From positions 58,876 to 122,875 of IMG/VR virus record IMGVR_UViG_3300047272_000350: a stretch of 64,000 nucleotides of DNA; one strand, 5' to 3'. Position numbers and translations under genes: made by a program. The DNA is from a virus. Taxonomy: Duplodnaviria > Heunggongvirae > Uroviricota > Caudoviricetes. The notes beneath the pieces were generated by a model. The model made no database searches and was not told where the DNA came from. It worked only from the letters and a program-made list of their open reading frames with translations. Each line of letters begins with the position of its first letter. The first letter of the stretch is position 1. This document shows positions 20,101-29,479 of the stretch, piece by piece.

Positions 20101-22064
20101 AGTTAGCTGCTAGAGCTATAGATGATCCTAAGATTGATACCGACCTTATTGCATTTAAAAACCCATATAACTACAAAAGGTTTAGTCCAACTACAAGACC
20201 ATCTCTTAAAAAAGCTGAGGTAACTAGATTACAAGAGCTTAATAATAAAATGGCAGATTGGCAACTATTAGAGGGGGCTACAAATGGTGGTGGAGTATCT
20301 ATAAATGATATGATATTACAAGATATTGCTGTAAACCAGTTTGTTGAGCCTATTATAAGTAATGAAGTAGCACAAGAGGAGTTAATAAAAACAGCAAACC
20401 AATTTCCAAAAGAAACTGAATCTGGAGAAGGTATTAGAAATGAAGAGGTACTACAAGTTTATCAAGATGTTGTATTGAAACGTACTAAAAAAGGTACTAC
20501 AATATCACACATGACTCTTCCTGGACTATTATCAAGAATGGATATATCAGATACAGTTCTATATATAGAAACTAGAGTAGTAAAAGGAAAAGAGGAAGCT
20601 GTTCCAGGTTCAGCTAAAGAGATATTAGTTTCAGAGGTAGAGCAAAACGTTAAGCAGGGTGCCAACTTTGTTATAACATTCAATGATGGGAATACAGCAA
20701 CAGTAACTATAGAAAAAAGTGGAAGTCTACTTATTAAAAAAGATACAGACTTTAAAGCTATTATAGCAGCAGCTGAAATTGACTATGTGGATAACGCATT
20801 AACAAAAGAGTCAGGGTTTTCACCGGTATATGATTTAAGAACCGGGTTAAAAATGGAAACAGATTTTAAAGACTCTAGTATGTATTCACCAACGGAGTTA
20901 TACAACATGATACCTGGAGACACAGTCACTTTCAGTCTAGATTTGACTAATGAATACAATCTAAAACTAATACAAGATTATGCAGATGCAGTAGTAGATT
21001 TGCCAGAAGAAGGAGCAGAAGATATAATTTCACAGTTAGAAAAAGACCTATCTGATCAATTAAAGATTAACGTCTTAGATATAAAGGGAAGAAAACTAGG
21101 TGATTTAAAAGCAAACTATGATACTAATAATAGCCCAGAGTTCTTGTTAATAAGAGAAGAGGCCCTTAATATCATAAAAAGCAAAGGTGAAATAACAGCA
21201 TCAGATATAGATTTACAGTTATCTAAAGAAAGCTTTATAAAACATATATTCTTAGGTATGCCTAACTTCGTGTTTGAAGAAGGGGCTATAAAATATTTTG
21301 ATGTACCTGCAGAAGCAGTAGTAGATTACGGATACATACAGAATGGTAAAGTAATACTTAAAGGTAATACTAAGAATGTAAGACAGGATTATGTAAAAGG
21401 TCTTCTTAAAAAAGAAGGACTTCCTATAGTAGTGTTCAAACAAGGTAAGTACTTAGTTGCTTTTCCTATGCAGTTGAAAACTACAGAAGCTAAACTAGGA
21501 GATACTACTATTGATGAATTAGCTAGTTCTAAAAATTTAGGGGCCGGAGTACTGGCATTAAACAACACTCTAGCCAATAACGGTTTGTCACCAGCAGCAT
21601 ATAATCTATATTATGTAGACTCTGATAACCAAAGCTTATTCTCAGACAATGGCCAAATGTCAAACTCTTTGTCAAAAGCTATAGAAGACCTAAACAAAGT
21701 AAAACAAACAGTAGATGTATCTACATGGATGTTACCAGAGCACACTAAAGCAAATCTTACAAATGAGGCTTCTGTGGCAATAGATATAGAAAATAATCCA
21801 CTATCTTCACCTAAGCCAATTATAAACTTAGATAAGATGGTAGATATAAAAAGAGACTGGTACTCTGATGCTATAACTACTGGAAATCTAAGTTTAGAAA
21901 AAGCAACAGAAATATCTAACAAGATATTATTTGGAGAGCCTCTTACAACACAAGAGTATGATTTATCAGATCATCCAGCAGTACAATTCCTAATAGATGA
22001 GTACATGAGGCTAAATCCGGATCAACAATCTGATGTAGATGACGCTAAAAACGAACCTTGTTAA
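17157..22064 (+). CDS. Hypothetical giant virion protein (1635 aa).
   Basis: 4.9-kb ORF tightly packed after the preceding gene. Alpha-helical/K-E-rich middle section. No recognisable catalytic motif. Confidence 0.55.
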   Translation: MQEDKLLDYKNQEVSFLVNDIRDKNREKALSVVAPIDDALSNLTALGKMPKSAPGTSLDSMIKSATNKPKMVDYSDVKFEDVYKPYSDGTFTPRYETYSTVNLDQESFAASKQTSGDIWGYALPKFTGKVLTNTIGQLGGIVYGIGAAVNTGSMQSIYDNSFMDVINDANTYMDNKLPTYKSKADREATGLDYFTKQTTWADDFLNGSAFLGGAILSEVAIEWATGGAAASTALARWGTKLEQIPGFAKAINTARKMSNPAAKAFATGNLETKLATNLGKTGELLHTIRFTATSAGYESAFESNAYMKESESNYYNSFQELNGRMPTVEEQLDFRRNLKTSADALFGYNMAIVGSSNLAVMGKWFNVKSPLTAPNKWANSKLFGIGYKKVGEDIVETSATKFQKALGKTYGFTKPMFVEGIWEEGMQSVGQNTAQNWTQAKYDPKYTKNTYDLVDSFSDGLAQTYGTAEGWKEIQMGMLIGLIGGAAGNKVSTGKFNPDYAQAVAKNKLTVDTMNTYSGKRVAESMAYANRIQSANEASEKAEAAGDFTGAELARQSTALAQLNFAYNLDYMDDAVENTVTSIRNIDNQALMTEYGVDEKSAETMKSKMIEEYKETANSYKKYRDFSEYFIGNKLSSEERALLKNHDVVALKEALAYELTLGEKADKFSSDILQAIKEKVGTTVAGQEVSDAMTIDDILTKAGKETKREGEKKVSEITKLKGKLNALEEEYKKVQNTFYNSVSEEEKKTLLGKLDSITSQKQEVEAKRAELAQEYEVLFTAAKMKNPFSKDGSSIVITAAKLDVLRDQAASVKSIISEYKKSNPQESAQLEKLVEEYGKSLDAFQKYADLSRQITDPTLGLRGKRNFISEIRRDKSPNEVTVEMLELLSPRMAQAVEQVTQATLEGNERVKEVIEEGEEKKKGAKIEKPKTEQKEAKKEDSKKSIKDTVKDMIKNSPYLLEYYGEEAIPQVPTSEEIEEFYELAARAIDDPKIDTDLIAFKNPYNYKRFSPTTRPSLKKAEVTRLQELNNKMADWQLLEGATNGGGVSINDMILQDIAVNQFVEPIISNEVAQEELIKTANQFPKETESGEGIRNEEVLQVYQDVVLKRTKKGTTISHMTLPGLLSRMDISDTVLYIETRVVKGKEEAVPGSAKEILVSEVEQNVKQGANFVITFNDGNTATVTIEKSGSLLIKKDTDFKAIIAAAEIDYVDNALTKESGFSPVYDLRTGLKMETDFKDSSMYSPTELYNMIPGDTVTFSLDLTNEYNLKLIQDYADAVVDLPEEGAEDIISQLEKDLSDQLKINVLDIKGRKLGDLKANYDTNNSPEFLLIREEALNIIKSKGEITASDIDLQLSKESFIKHIFLGMPNFVFEEGAIKYFDVPAEAVVDYGYIQNGKVILKGNTKNVRQDYVKGLLKKEGLPIVVFKQGKYLVAFPMQLKTTEAKLGDTTIDELASSKNLGAGVLALNNTLANNGLSPAAYNLYYVDSDNQSLFSDNGQMSNSLSKAIEDLNKVKQTVDVSTWMLPEHTKANLTNEASVAIDIENNPLSSPKPIINLDKMVDIKRDWYSDAITTGNLSLEKATEISNKILFGEPLTTQEYDLSDHPAVQFLIDEYMRLNPDQQSDVDDAKNEPC

Positions 22065-22105
22065 AAAAAATAGTTAACAAATTTGGTTTTTACAAAAAAA
22101 AGTAC

Positions 22106-22113
22106 TAATTTTG
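22106..22113 (+). promoter_or_regulatory. -7 promoter box TAATTTTGCATAAA upstream of the 2424-aa gene.
   Basis: Same 14-mer as at 14275. TTTG at ~22083. Confidence 0.45.
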
Positions 22114-22134
22114 CATAAAAATAAACTAAGAAGA

Positions 22135-25100
22135 ATGAGCTTAAAATGTAGAATTTATAAAGACGAAAACGGGGAGATTGATTTTGTTGAAGCTGCAAAC
22201 GGCAGTAGAAGTAAATTATTTGATACCTTAGTAGATATAACAGGCGGTAATAAAAATACCGCCTTAAATCTTTATGCTTTAACCGAAGTTGGAAACTTCA
22301 AGGATATGGTAAAAGCAAAAGTTAACTCTATAAAAAATAGAGTTGACAACCTAGTTAAACCTGAGACAGCTTTAACAGACAACTTAGATGCTGTAAAGTT
22401 TAGTAGGATAACTCCTAACAGCACTTACTTTTCAAATGCGTTGACTGCTGTAGATAACTTAACAGACAGAAACCCTAAAAATACCCAAGGTTGGGTAAAA
22501 CAACTTACGGACACACAAAAAAATGGTGGTATAAAGAACGTAAATCAAGAGCTTGAATGGATAGGTCTTGAAGATTATTTAAACAGCTATGTAAAAGAAA
22601 ACAACACTAGAGCAGGTAATATACCAGCCTCTGTTGTAGAAGACTATATCAAAGCAAATCAAATCGAAATTACTGATGTTAGTAAGGGTAAGCCTGAAAT
22701 AGACATTAATGATTTAGATGTAGAGTTTGATGGTAACGGTTTTAAAATAAACTATTCCGGACAAGGTAATTTAATTATGCCTTATATAACAATAGATCAA
22801 ATTGGTTTAACAGAGGAAGATATTTTTGATGAAAGCTTTGACTATTATAGTGCTCAAGAGAATGCAAAAAAAGCAGCAATTGAAGAGGTATTAGACAGAG
22901 AAGATGGAGATGTAAAATACGGAAATTACCAACTAAAAGGGGGAGAAAACTATAGAGAGGTATTATTAACAATGCCAGCTAAAACTATAGAAAATGACAA
23001 AGTATTTACAGTCAAAAACAGAAAAGACTTTTGGAAAGACTCGTCAAATTTTTCAGCTCAAGAGGTTGAAGAAGGTTTTGTTGTTAGCAGTGTAAGAGGA
23101 GGCAGACAGCTAATAGAAAAAGACTATTATATTAAGACTAAAGAGGATGCTATAAATGCTTATAGAGAAGATAACTTACAACTTCTTGATATTTTTAGCG
23201 AAGAACAAGGAGTTGAAGACTACGACTTTTATGATGAGAATGGCCAGTACTTTAATACAACAATAGCTCAAAATATAGAGCAGGCTATCTCAGAGTATAA
23301 ATCACAAACAAGTAAAAAAGAAGATGAGTATAAAAGTTCACATTGGAGTGAAGGCAATATACTTGCACATGTAAGGTTAAATGAAAAAACTTTACCTGAT
23401 GGAACTAAAGTTTTGATAGTCAACGAAATACAATCTGATTGGGCACAAGATGGCCGTAAAAAAGGCTTTGTTGACAATGTAGGTAGAATTAGTAGAGAGG
23501 CATACGAAATAGAAGAAAAAGCAATAGAAGAAGAAGCTAAAAGAATATTAGGAAGCCCTATACCAAACATAGCTGACTTAGAAAGAGTAGGTACACAAGA
23601 GGCTCTAGATTTAGCAAGAAGAGTAGAGGAAAACACTAGACAGTTCTTATATTTAGAAGGTGTCTCTGAAAAAGAAATGCAAAGAGGTAAGATTCAACAA
23701 ATGCCTTACAAAAAAACCGATCAATGGGTAGGGTTAGCTACAAGACGTGTTTTACAAATGGCAGCACAAGAGGGTTACAACGGAGTAGCTTTTGTTACAG
23801 GTAAACAGTCTTCTGATATGTATTCATTAGCAAAACAAGTTGATGAAATAACTGCTATACAGAATATGAGTAATGGACAAAACATAGGTACTTATAGTAT
23901 ATATGGTTTGAAAGATGATACAACAATATTTTCTAAATACGATGTGCCAGAAAACGAACTTGAATCTTATGTAGGAAAAGATCTAGCAAAAACCATAATA
24001 GAAGAAAATAGAAATAACCCAGAATATCCAAAAACAAGTTTTAAAGGAACTGAATTAGAAGTTGGTGGAGAAGGTATGAAATCTTTCTACAACAGTATTG
24101 TAACAAAAGTAGCACAAAAAGAAGCTCAGAGATTTGACAAAGATGCTAAATTAGAAACGATTAACTTTTCAGGAAAATCCAATGTAGAAATTACAGAAGA
24201 GGAAGACGGATTTGTTTTAAGAGTTAATGGGGAATTTGTAGAGTATGTTGATGAAGAAACACTATCTAATTCAAACTTAGATAACACAGTAGTAGGAGCT
24301 AAAAAGTATTTTGAAAAGTACATACCACAAGAAGTAAATGCAGAGAAATTGACTTTAGCAGAACAACCTTATATTGAGATAACAAATAAGATGCGTTCTG
24401 AATTAAAGTCGTCTATACCAATGTTTTCTAGAAGCTTGAGTGAAACATCTAAAAATGAAATAACACAAGAAATTATATCTAAGTTAGAGTTAAGTGGTTT
24501 AGCTAATAATGTATACCAAATGAGTAACTCTCAGATAGAGGCTAAGTTAATAAAGCTTGGTTTAGATTCAAAAATATCTAAGCAAGTAACTATGTCAGCA
24601 GAAGATGTAGACTCTTTATTCTTTAATGCAGAAGAAGATTTATGGGAAGTTAATTTAGTAGATGGCTCTTATTTAGAGGTATATCTATCAGGAAATTCAA
24701 CAGAGCAAGAGGTAAAAGATGAAGTAGCAACTTTAATAAGAGAGTATAAAGTAGACTCTTTACCTTTAGTTTATAGAGGTATAAATGGAGAGTTTGATTC
24801 AAACTATAAAGGTACACAATACTTTGCTGTACAAAAAAGATATGCCGGAGTTTTTGGTAGAAATATAGAAGAATTTAAAATTAAAAGCCCAGATATTTTA
24901 GACCTAGATGATTGGAATAAAAGATGGGGAGTAGAAAAGGTAGACTTTGGTCAAGGCTTATTAACAGTTCACCAAGATAATCTATCTGACCTAAAAGAGT
25001 GGAGAACTAGAATTAAAAACTCTTTATTAGCAGAAGGAGTAGAAGTATCTAAAGAAGAGTTAGACTCTTTTATAAAAGAAGTAGAAAATGCAAAAATTAT

Positions 25101-28100
25101 AAAAGGGGAAGATATAGGTAACAAAGGGCAAATTGTATTTGCTATTAAAGATAAAACTTTAGTTGAGCCTATAAATAAAGATATTAAATTCAGTAAACAA
25201 CTGTTAGAAAAAGGTATAAAACTAAGCACTGCAGGATTTACTTATAGAGGAGATGTATACTTAAATAATGATGTAATGGGGTTAGATACTCCAATACACG
25301 AGTTTGGGCATTTACACCTAGATTGGTTAAAAGAGAACAGAGAAGACTTATATAAATCTGGACTATCTCTTGTTGGAAAAAATAAAGAAGAAGCCCAACA
25401 ATATATAGACATTGTAAAATCTACACAGCCAGATTTAGAAGAAGGTACAGAAGAGTTTAACAATGAAGTTCTAGCACAAGTAATAGGTGATCAAGGAGCT
25501 AAATTATTGTTAAGTAATAAAAAAGGAAGCTTAAGCGAGTGGTTAAAAAGTGTTTGGGATGCTATAAAATCAGTAGTTGGATTATCAAACTATACAGCTG
25601 AACAAGTATCAGCAATGACACTAGCAGAGTTTGGTTCAGCATCTGCCACTGAGTTACTATCTGGATCCAGAGTGCAAAAAAACCTAGGTATAGATAGTAT
25701 CTATCTTAGGTATAATTATGATGTAAATCAAGTAGCAAGAGATAGATTTGACATACCAAACTTAGTAAAATTATCTCAAGGGTCTGACAGAGTTGTTTTT
25801 GACTTAGGTGAGGATAAGGTGCTAAAAGTTGCAAACAATGCCAGAGGGCTAGCTCAAAACATGCAAGAAGGTAATGAAGAACTTATAGATAAGGGTCTTC
25901 TTCCACAAGTGTATGAAACTGGACTTAATTATGTTGTAGCTGAAAAGTTAACTCAACTTAAACCAAATGATCAAATTCCTATATACAATATAGTGAACGG
26001 TGAACAATATGGTACAGAAGATGCAGAGGTAATGATTATGGAGCTTTACAGATATAGCCAAGCAGATTTTGATAATAAGAACCCGGAGTTGATCGAAGTA
26101 CTTAAAAACTACGGTTTAGAAGATTACTTAAACTATGATATAATCTATGGTGATTTAGGGGATATTTCTAATTGGGGGATAAAAGACGGAAAACCTGTGC
26201 ATTTAGATGCCGGGACTTTTGGTGGTATGAATATCATACGTGCTTACGCAAGAGTCAAAAATATGTATTTTGAAGACTTTAGAGAAGTATATGAAAAAAG
26301 CCAAGAAGCTAAAAAGAGATTTAATGATTCTGACAACTATGTAAACTTTTCTATAGTAGATGGTAATAAGTTATTTAATGTACCTTTAGAGGACGCATCA
26401 AAAATAGCTGATGAATACATGTTAGAGAACGGTATGAGCATTGATGCAATAGAACCTATAAAGGAATTAAATAAGGAAAATAGTAAAAGTATAGCAGCTG
26501 AGTTTGATAAGATGCAGCCTACACCAAATGATCCTAAAACAAAAGCGGCTTACAAAGCTATGGTAAAAGAGACTATAGATCAGTATAAAAAAATACTAAG
26601 CTATGGTTATAAACTAGAGATAAATAATTCGGAGCCATATGAAAACTCTGCTGATATGATAACTGATTTACGTGATAACAAACGTATGAAGATTTTCTCA
26701 ACAGAGTCTGGATTTGGAGATGAGGCTATAACACCTCAGCAAAGAAAAGATAACCCACTTTTACAAAAAACTAAGTTTAAAGATGTAAATGGAGAACCTT
26801 TATTACCAAATGATATATTTAGATTTGTACATGATTTCTTTGGACATGCTAAATTTGGAAATGGTTTTGGTGCATTAGGAGAAGAAAATGCCTGGAGTAT
26901 ACACTCTAGAATGTACTCTCCATTAGCTAGACTTGCTATGACAACTGAAACTAGAGGTCAAAATTCTTGGGTTAACTTTTCCGGAGTAAATGATAAAGCT
27001 TTTGAAATTAGAGATAGAGCAAGAGCTATGAGAAGAAATGGTGATACAGAAGGAGCTAAAATCTTGACTAATCAAGTATATGATATGATGAGTTTTGCAG
27101 AACAAAAAGTAGGTTTATTACCTTCTTGGGTCTCTGAACTGAACATAAAAAGTGCTGGAGAAAGAATGGTTGCAGATGTAAATGGAAGTAAAGTTTATTT
27201 CAGAAATGAGGTAAACCCAATTACTGAAAAACCTACTGGTAAAATAGAAATGGAATTGGTGGAAACACCAGAAGAATTTAGAGGCCAGGGTAGAGCAAGA
27301 GAAGCTTTTAATACAGCTTTAAAATACACAGACTCAATAGGTAAAAGTACAGTATTGACTATTTCTAGTAGAGATAAGAGTACTACTAATGCCGGTCTTG
27401 AGAAGTTCTATACATCACTTGGGTATAAAAAGACATCTGATTTTGAAATGCAAAGACCAGCAATGAAACTTGCACCAAAAGGTTATGATGAAAATGGGGA
27501 ACCTTCAGTTAAAGATTTGATGCAGTACAAAGATACTTCTACAGAGTCTTTATCATTAGAGGACCAAGTTGTTGCAAGAAATGCAGCTATGGCACTTGGA
27601 GTAAATTCTTCATCAGAGCTTTTAGAAAAATTAGAAAGTGCTATTACTAAATCCGGTATTGTATCTTTCAATTTAGTGTCTTTACAAAGAAGTGGAGTAT
27701 TCAATAAATATGAGGCCACAAAAATAGTAAGTTCACCAGAGTTGCAAAGCAGTATAAAAGAAGCGTATTTAAAATTAAAAAATACAGATCCATTTGAGTT
27801 AGAATACAACAAGAACTTTATAACACCTACTGGAACAAGCTTAAATATATTTGGTAAGCAAGAAGTTGAAAACCCATTTATAGTTGAAGCAGAGTTAGCT
27901 AGAGACATAGCTGGACTTTCTGAAGAGGAAATAGTTGATAATTTGTTACCAGATCTTGGTAATAAATATGTAAAAGATTCTAACTTCAAAGCTTCAGTTG
28001 ACAACATAGCTAAGAACAATAGATTAGTTAATATAAAAGTTGTAAAAGACGGAGAGTTAGTTGATAAGTCAGAAGATATAGAAAACACTATAGCCAATAC

Positions 28101-29385
28101 ATTGATTGACGTAGACAACCCTAGATTATCTGAAAATATCAGATCCATAAATGAAGATTTTTCTCCAGAAGTATGGGATGAAAATCCAAACTTAGTAGTA
28201 AAAATATTAGCATCTATAAAAAAGAATGCTATAAAAAGTGGAATTGATCTAAGAGACATAACAACAAAAGTACTATCTCATAGTAGAGAAGACATACTTA
28301 TGTTTTTAGACTCTATGGAAAATCTATTAGAAGTTGGACCAAATGCTGAAACTATAGGTACTTACTCGGAGCTTTATAAAGAGTTATTTGATGTAAGTAT
28401 GGACGAAGCAGTTGTAATACAAACAGATAACGAGTTTGACATAGTTGTTGAGTCAAGTATGACCGAGTATCAATTATTTGATAACTTTGGATTAGTTAAA
28501 AAACAGGGGGATATTTACAGACAAACAGAAGAGCAGAGTTTAGAAGAACTTTACGATGCAATGTTAGAGTATCCTGAGATGTTGCCAAATGAAGTATCTA
28601 GTATAGAAGACTTAACAAAGTTTGTAGAAAAAGAGGTAACAAGCCTTGAAATATCAGACTACGAAATAGACCCTGATAAGTTAGCTAAAATGTATTTGTA
28701 TAAAAAATTCTTTGGCTTTCCAATAGCAGTGAACCCTATAAAAGTTTCAACAGATAACTTAAGTAAAGTAACTTCTAGCCCAGAGTATTTGATTACAGAG
28801 TTTGTAAAAGACTTCAACAGATGGATACTAGAGACAGACAATAAGTATTTCAAAGTTACAGAGAAAGGAATAGAATTAGTAGAAAAAGATCCTTTATCTA
28901 AAGAAGAAGCAATAATGTCTGTTCCAGAGGAATTTGTAAAAGATTTATCAGAGTACGATGCAATATCAAAAAATTTAAATCTAGGAATAGAGTCAAAAGA
29001 TTTAGTATTCGAAGACTACGATAGTCAAACAGGCCAAAGAGAGTTTTTCGCAAATAACCCGGAAAGTGCTAAGAAAGTATCTGGAGACTACCTTTATCTA
29101 GAAGATGGGGTACTAGCTGTTAAGAACGAGACAGATACATTTGTCAGAACACCACAAGGAGTTTTTGAAATGATATACGAAGCAGGTAATGTAAAGTTTT
29201 ACAATAAGTTACCTTCAGTAGATAGCAATTTTAAACTAACTGGTTTAGAGAAACCGTTGTCAGACATAAACTTTAATAAGTACCAATATCTTGAGAATAC
29301 CCCAGAGGTATTTAAAGTAGCAAAAAACTACTACTCAAAACAAGAGTTAGAGCAAATAGATAGGGAGTACTTTGACTGTCAATAA
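22135..29385 (+). CDS. Giant multi-domain protein (~2416 aa) with an HExxH zinc-metallopeptidase-like motif and a GNAT-like acetyltransferase signature. Candidate polyvalent / ejected effector protein.
   Basis: The ORF track starts at TTG 22111, but that codon lies inside the -7 promoter box (TAATTTTGCATAAA, 22106-22119). The first ATG after the promoter is at 22135. Motifs: DTPIHEFGHLHLDWL (nt ~25295-25325), HDFFGH (nt ~26830), EFRGQGRAREAF (nt ~27262-27300, GNAT motif-A-like Q/R-x-x-G-x-G/A). Confidence 0.6.
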   Translation: MSLKCRIYKDENGEIDFVEAANGSRSKLFDTLVDITGGNKNTALNLYALTEVGNFKDMVKAKVNSIKNRVDNLVKPETALTDNLDAVKFSRITPNSTYFSNALTAVDNLTDRNPKNTQGWVKQLTDTQKNGGIKNVNQELEWIGLEDYLNSYVKENNTRAGNIPASVVEDYIKANQIEITDVSKGKPEIDINDLDVEFDGNGFKINYSGQGNLIMPYITIDQIGLTEEDIFDESFDYYSAQENAKKAAIEEVLDREDGDVKYGNYQLKGGENYREVLLTMPAKTIENDKVFTVKNRKDFWKDSSNFSAQEVEEGFVVSSVRGGRQLIEKDYYIKTKEDAINAYREDNLQLLDIFSEEQGVEDYDFYDENGQYFNTTIAQNIEQAISEYKSQTSKKEDEYKSSHWSEGNILAHVRLNEKTLPDGTKVLIVNEIQSDWAQDGRKKGFVDNVGRISREAYEIEEKAIEEEAKRILGSPIPNIADLERVGTQEALDLARRVEENTRQFLYLEGVSEKEMQRGKIQQMPYKKTDQWVGLATRRVLQMAAQEGYNGVAFVTGKQSSDMYSLAKQVDEITAIQNMSNGQNIGTYSIYGLKDDTTIFSKYDVPENELESYVGKDLAKTIIEENRNNPEYPKTSFKGTELEVGGEGMKSFYNSIVTKVAQKEAQRFDKDAKLETINFSGKSNVEITEEEDGFVLRVNGEFVEYVDEETLSNSNLDNTVVGAKKYFEKYIPQEVNAEKLTLAEQPYIEITNKMRSELKSSIPMFSRSLSETSKNEITQEIISKLELSGLANNVYQMSNSQIEAKLIKLGLDSKISKQVTMSAEDVDSLFFNAEEDLWEVNLVDGSYLEVYLSGNSTEQEVKDEVATLIREYKVDSLPLVYRGINGEFDSNYKGTQYFAVQKRYAGVFGRNIEEFKIKSPDILDLDDWNKRWGVEKVDFGQGLLTVHQDNLSDLKEWRTRIKNSLLAEGVEVSKEELDSFIKEVENAKIIKGEDIGNKGQIVFAIKDKTLVEPINKDIKFSKQLLEKGIKLSTAGFTYRGDVYLNNDVMGLDTPIHEFGHLHLDWLKENREDLYKSGLSLVGKNKEEAQQYIDIVKSTQPDLEEGTEEFNNEVLAQVIGDQGAKLLLSNKKGSLSEWLKSVWDAIKSVVGLSNYTAEQVSAMTLAEFGSASATELLSGSRVQKNLGIDSIYLRYNYDVNQVARDRFDIPNLVKLSQGSDRVVFDLGEDKVLKVANNARGLAQNMQEGNEELIDKGLLPQVYETGLNYVVAEKLTQLKPNDQIPIYNIVNGEQYGTEDAEVMIMELYRYSQADFDNKNPELIEVLKNYGLEDYLNYDIIYGDLGDISNWGIKDGKPVHLDAGTFGGMNIIRAYARVKNMYFEDFREVYEKSQEAKKRFNDSDNYVNFSIVDGNKLFNVPLEDASKIADEYMLENGMSIDAIEPIKELNKENSKSIAAEFDKMQPTPNDPKTKAAYKAMVKETIDQYKKILSYGYKLEINNSEPYENSADMITDLRDNKRMKIFSTESGFGDEAITPQQRKDNPLLQKTKFKDVNGEPLLPNDIFRFVHDFFGHAKFGNGFGALGEENAWSIHSRMYSPLARLAMTTETRGQNSWVNFSGVNDKAFEIRDRARAMRRNGDTEGAKILTNQVYDMMSFAEQKVGLLPSWVSELNIKSAGERMVADVNGSKVYFRNEVNPITEKPTGKIEMELVETPEEFRGQGRAREAFNTALKYTDSIGKSTVLTISSRDKSTTNAGLEKFYTSLGYKKTSDFEMQRPAMKLAPKGYDENGEPSVKDLMQYKDTSTESLSLEDQVVARNAAMALGVNSSSELLEKLESAITKSGIVSFNLVSLQRSGVFNKYEATKIVSSPELQSSIKEAYLKLKNTDPFELEYNKNFITPTGTSLNIFGKQEVENPFIVEAELARDIAGLSEEEIVDNLLPDLGNKYVKDSNFKASVDNIAKNNRLVNIKVVKDGELVDKSEDIENTIANTLIDVDNPRLSENIRSINEDFSPEVWDENPNLVVKILASIKKNAIKSGIDLRDITTKVLSHSREDILMFLDSMENLLEVGPNAETIGTYSELYKELFDVSMDEAVVIQTDNEFDIVVESSMTEYQLFDNFGLVKKQGDIYRQTEEQSLEELYDAMLEYPEMLPNEVSSIEDLTKFVEKEVTSLEISDYEIDPDKLAKMYLYKKFFGFPIAVNPIKVSTDNLSKVTSSPEYLITEFVKDFNRWILETDNKYFKVTEKGIELVEKDPLSKEEAIMSVPEEFVKDLSEYDAISKNLNLGIESKDLVFEDYDSQTGQREFFANNPESAKKVSGDYLYLEDGVLAVKNETDTFVRTPQGVFEMIYEAGNVKFYNKLPSVDSNFKLTGLEKPLSDINFNKYQYLENTPEVFKVAKNYYSKQELEQIDREYFDCQ

Positions 29386-29391
29386 TAAGAA

Positions 29392-29420
29392 AAGGCTGCT
29401 GAAAAGTGGCCTTAACTTTT
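29392..29420 (+). terminator. Putative intrinsic terminator after the 2424-aa gene.
   Basis: AAGGC-12 nt loop-GCCTT hairpin followed by AACTTTTTAA. Confidence 0.35.
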
Positions 29421-29451
29421 TAATGTATTTGGATATAATAAATAAAAACCT

Positions 29452-29459
29452 TAATTTTG
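29452..29459 (+). promoter_or_regulatory. -7 promoter box TAATTTTGCAC upstream of the 1896-aa gene.
   Basis: TAnnTTTG, 20 nt before ATG 29480. Confidence 0.45.
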
Positions 29460-29479
29460 CACTATAATAATAAAAAAAT

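Noticed and set aside
22058-22080. AT-only palindrome TTGTTAA-N9-TTAACAA after the 1635-aa gene, as a possible terminator.
   Set aside because: The stem is entirely A/T and overlaps the stop codon. It is too weak to call.
22111-22134. TTG start codon for the 2424-aa gene, as given by the ORF track.
   Set aside because: The TTG is part of the conserved -7 promoter box TAATTTTGCATAAA. ATG 22135 is the first start codon downstream of the predicted transcription start.
22111-29385. Possibility that the 2424-aa protein is a crAss-like virion RNA polymerase.
   Set aside because: No DxDGD-type double-psi beta-barrel catalytic motif was seen. The only similar string (YGDLGD) lacks the expected context. 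The HExxH/GNAT-like signatures point elsewhere.
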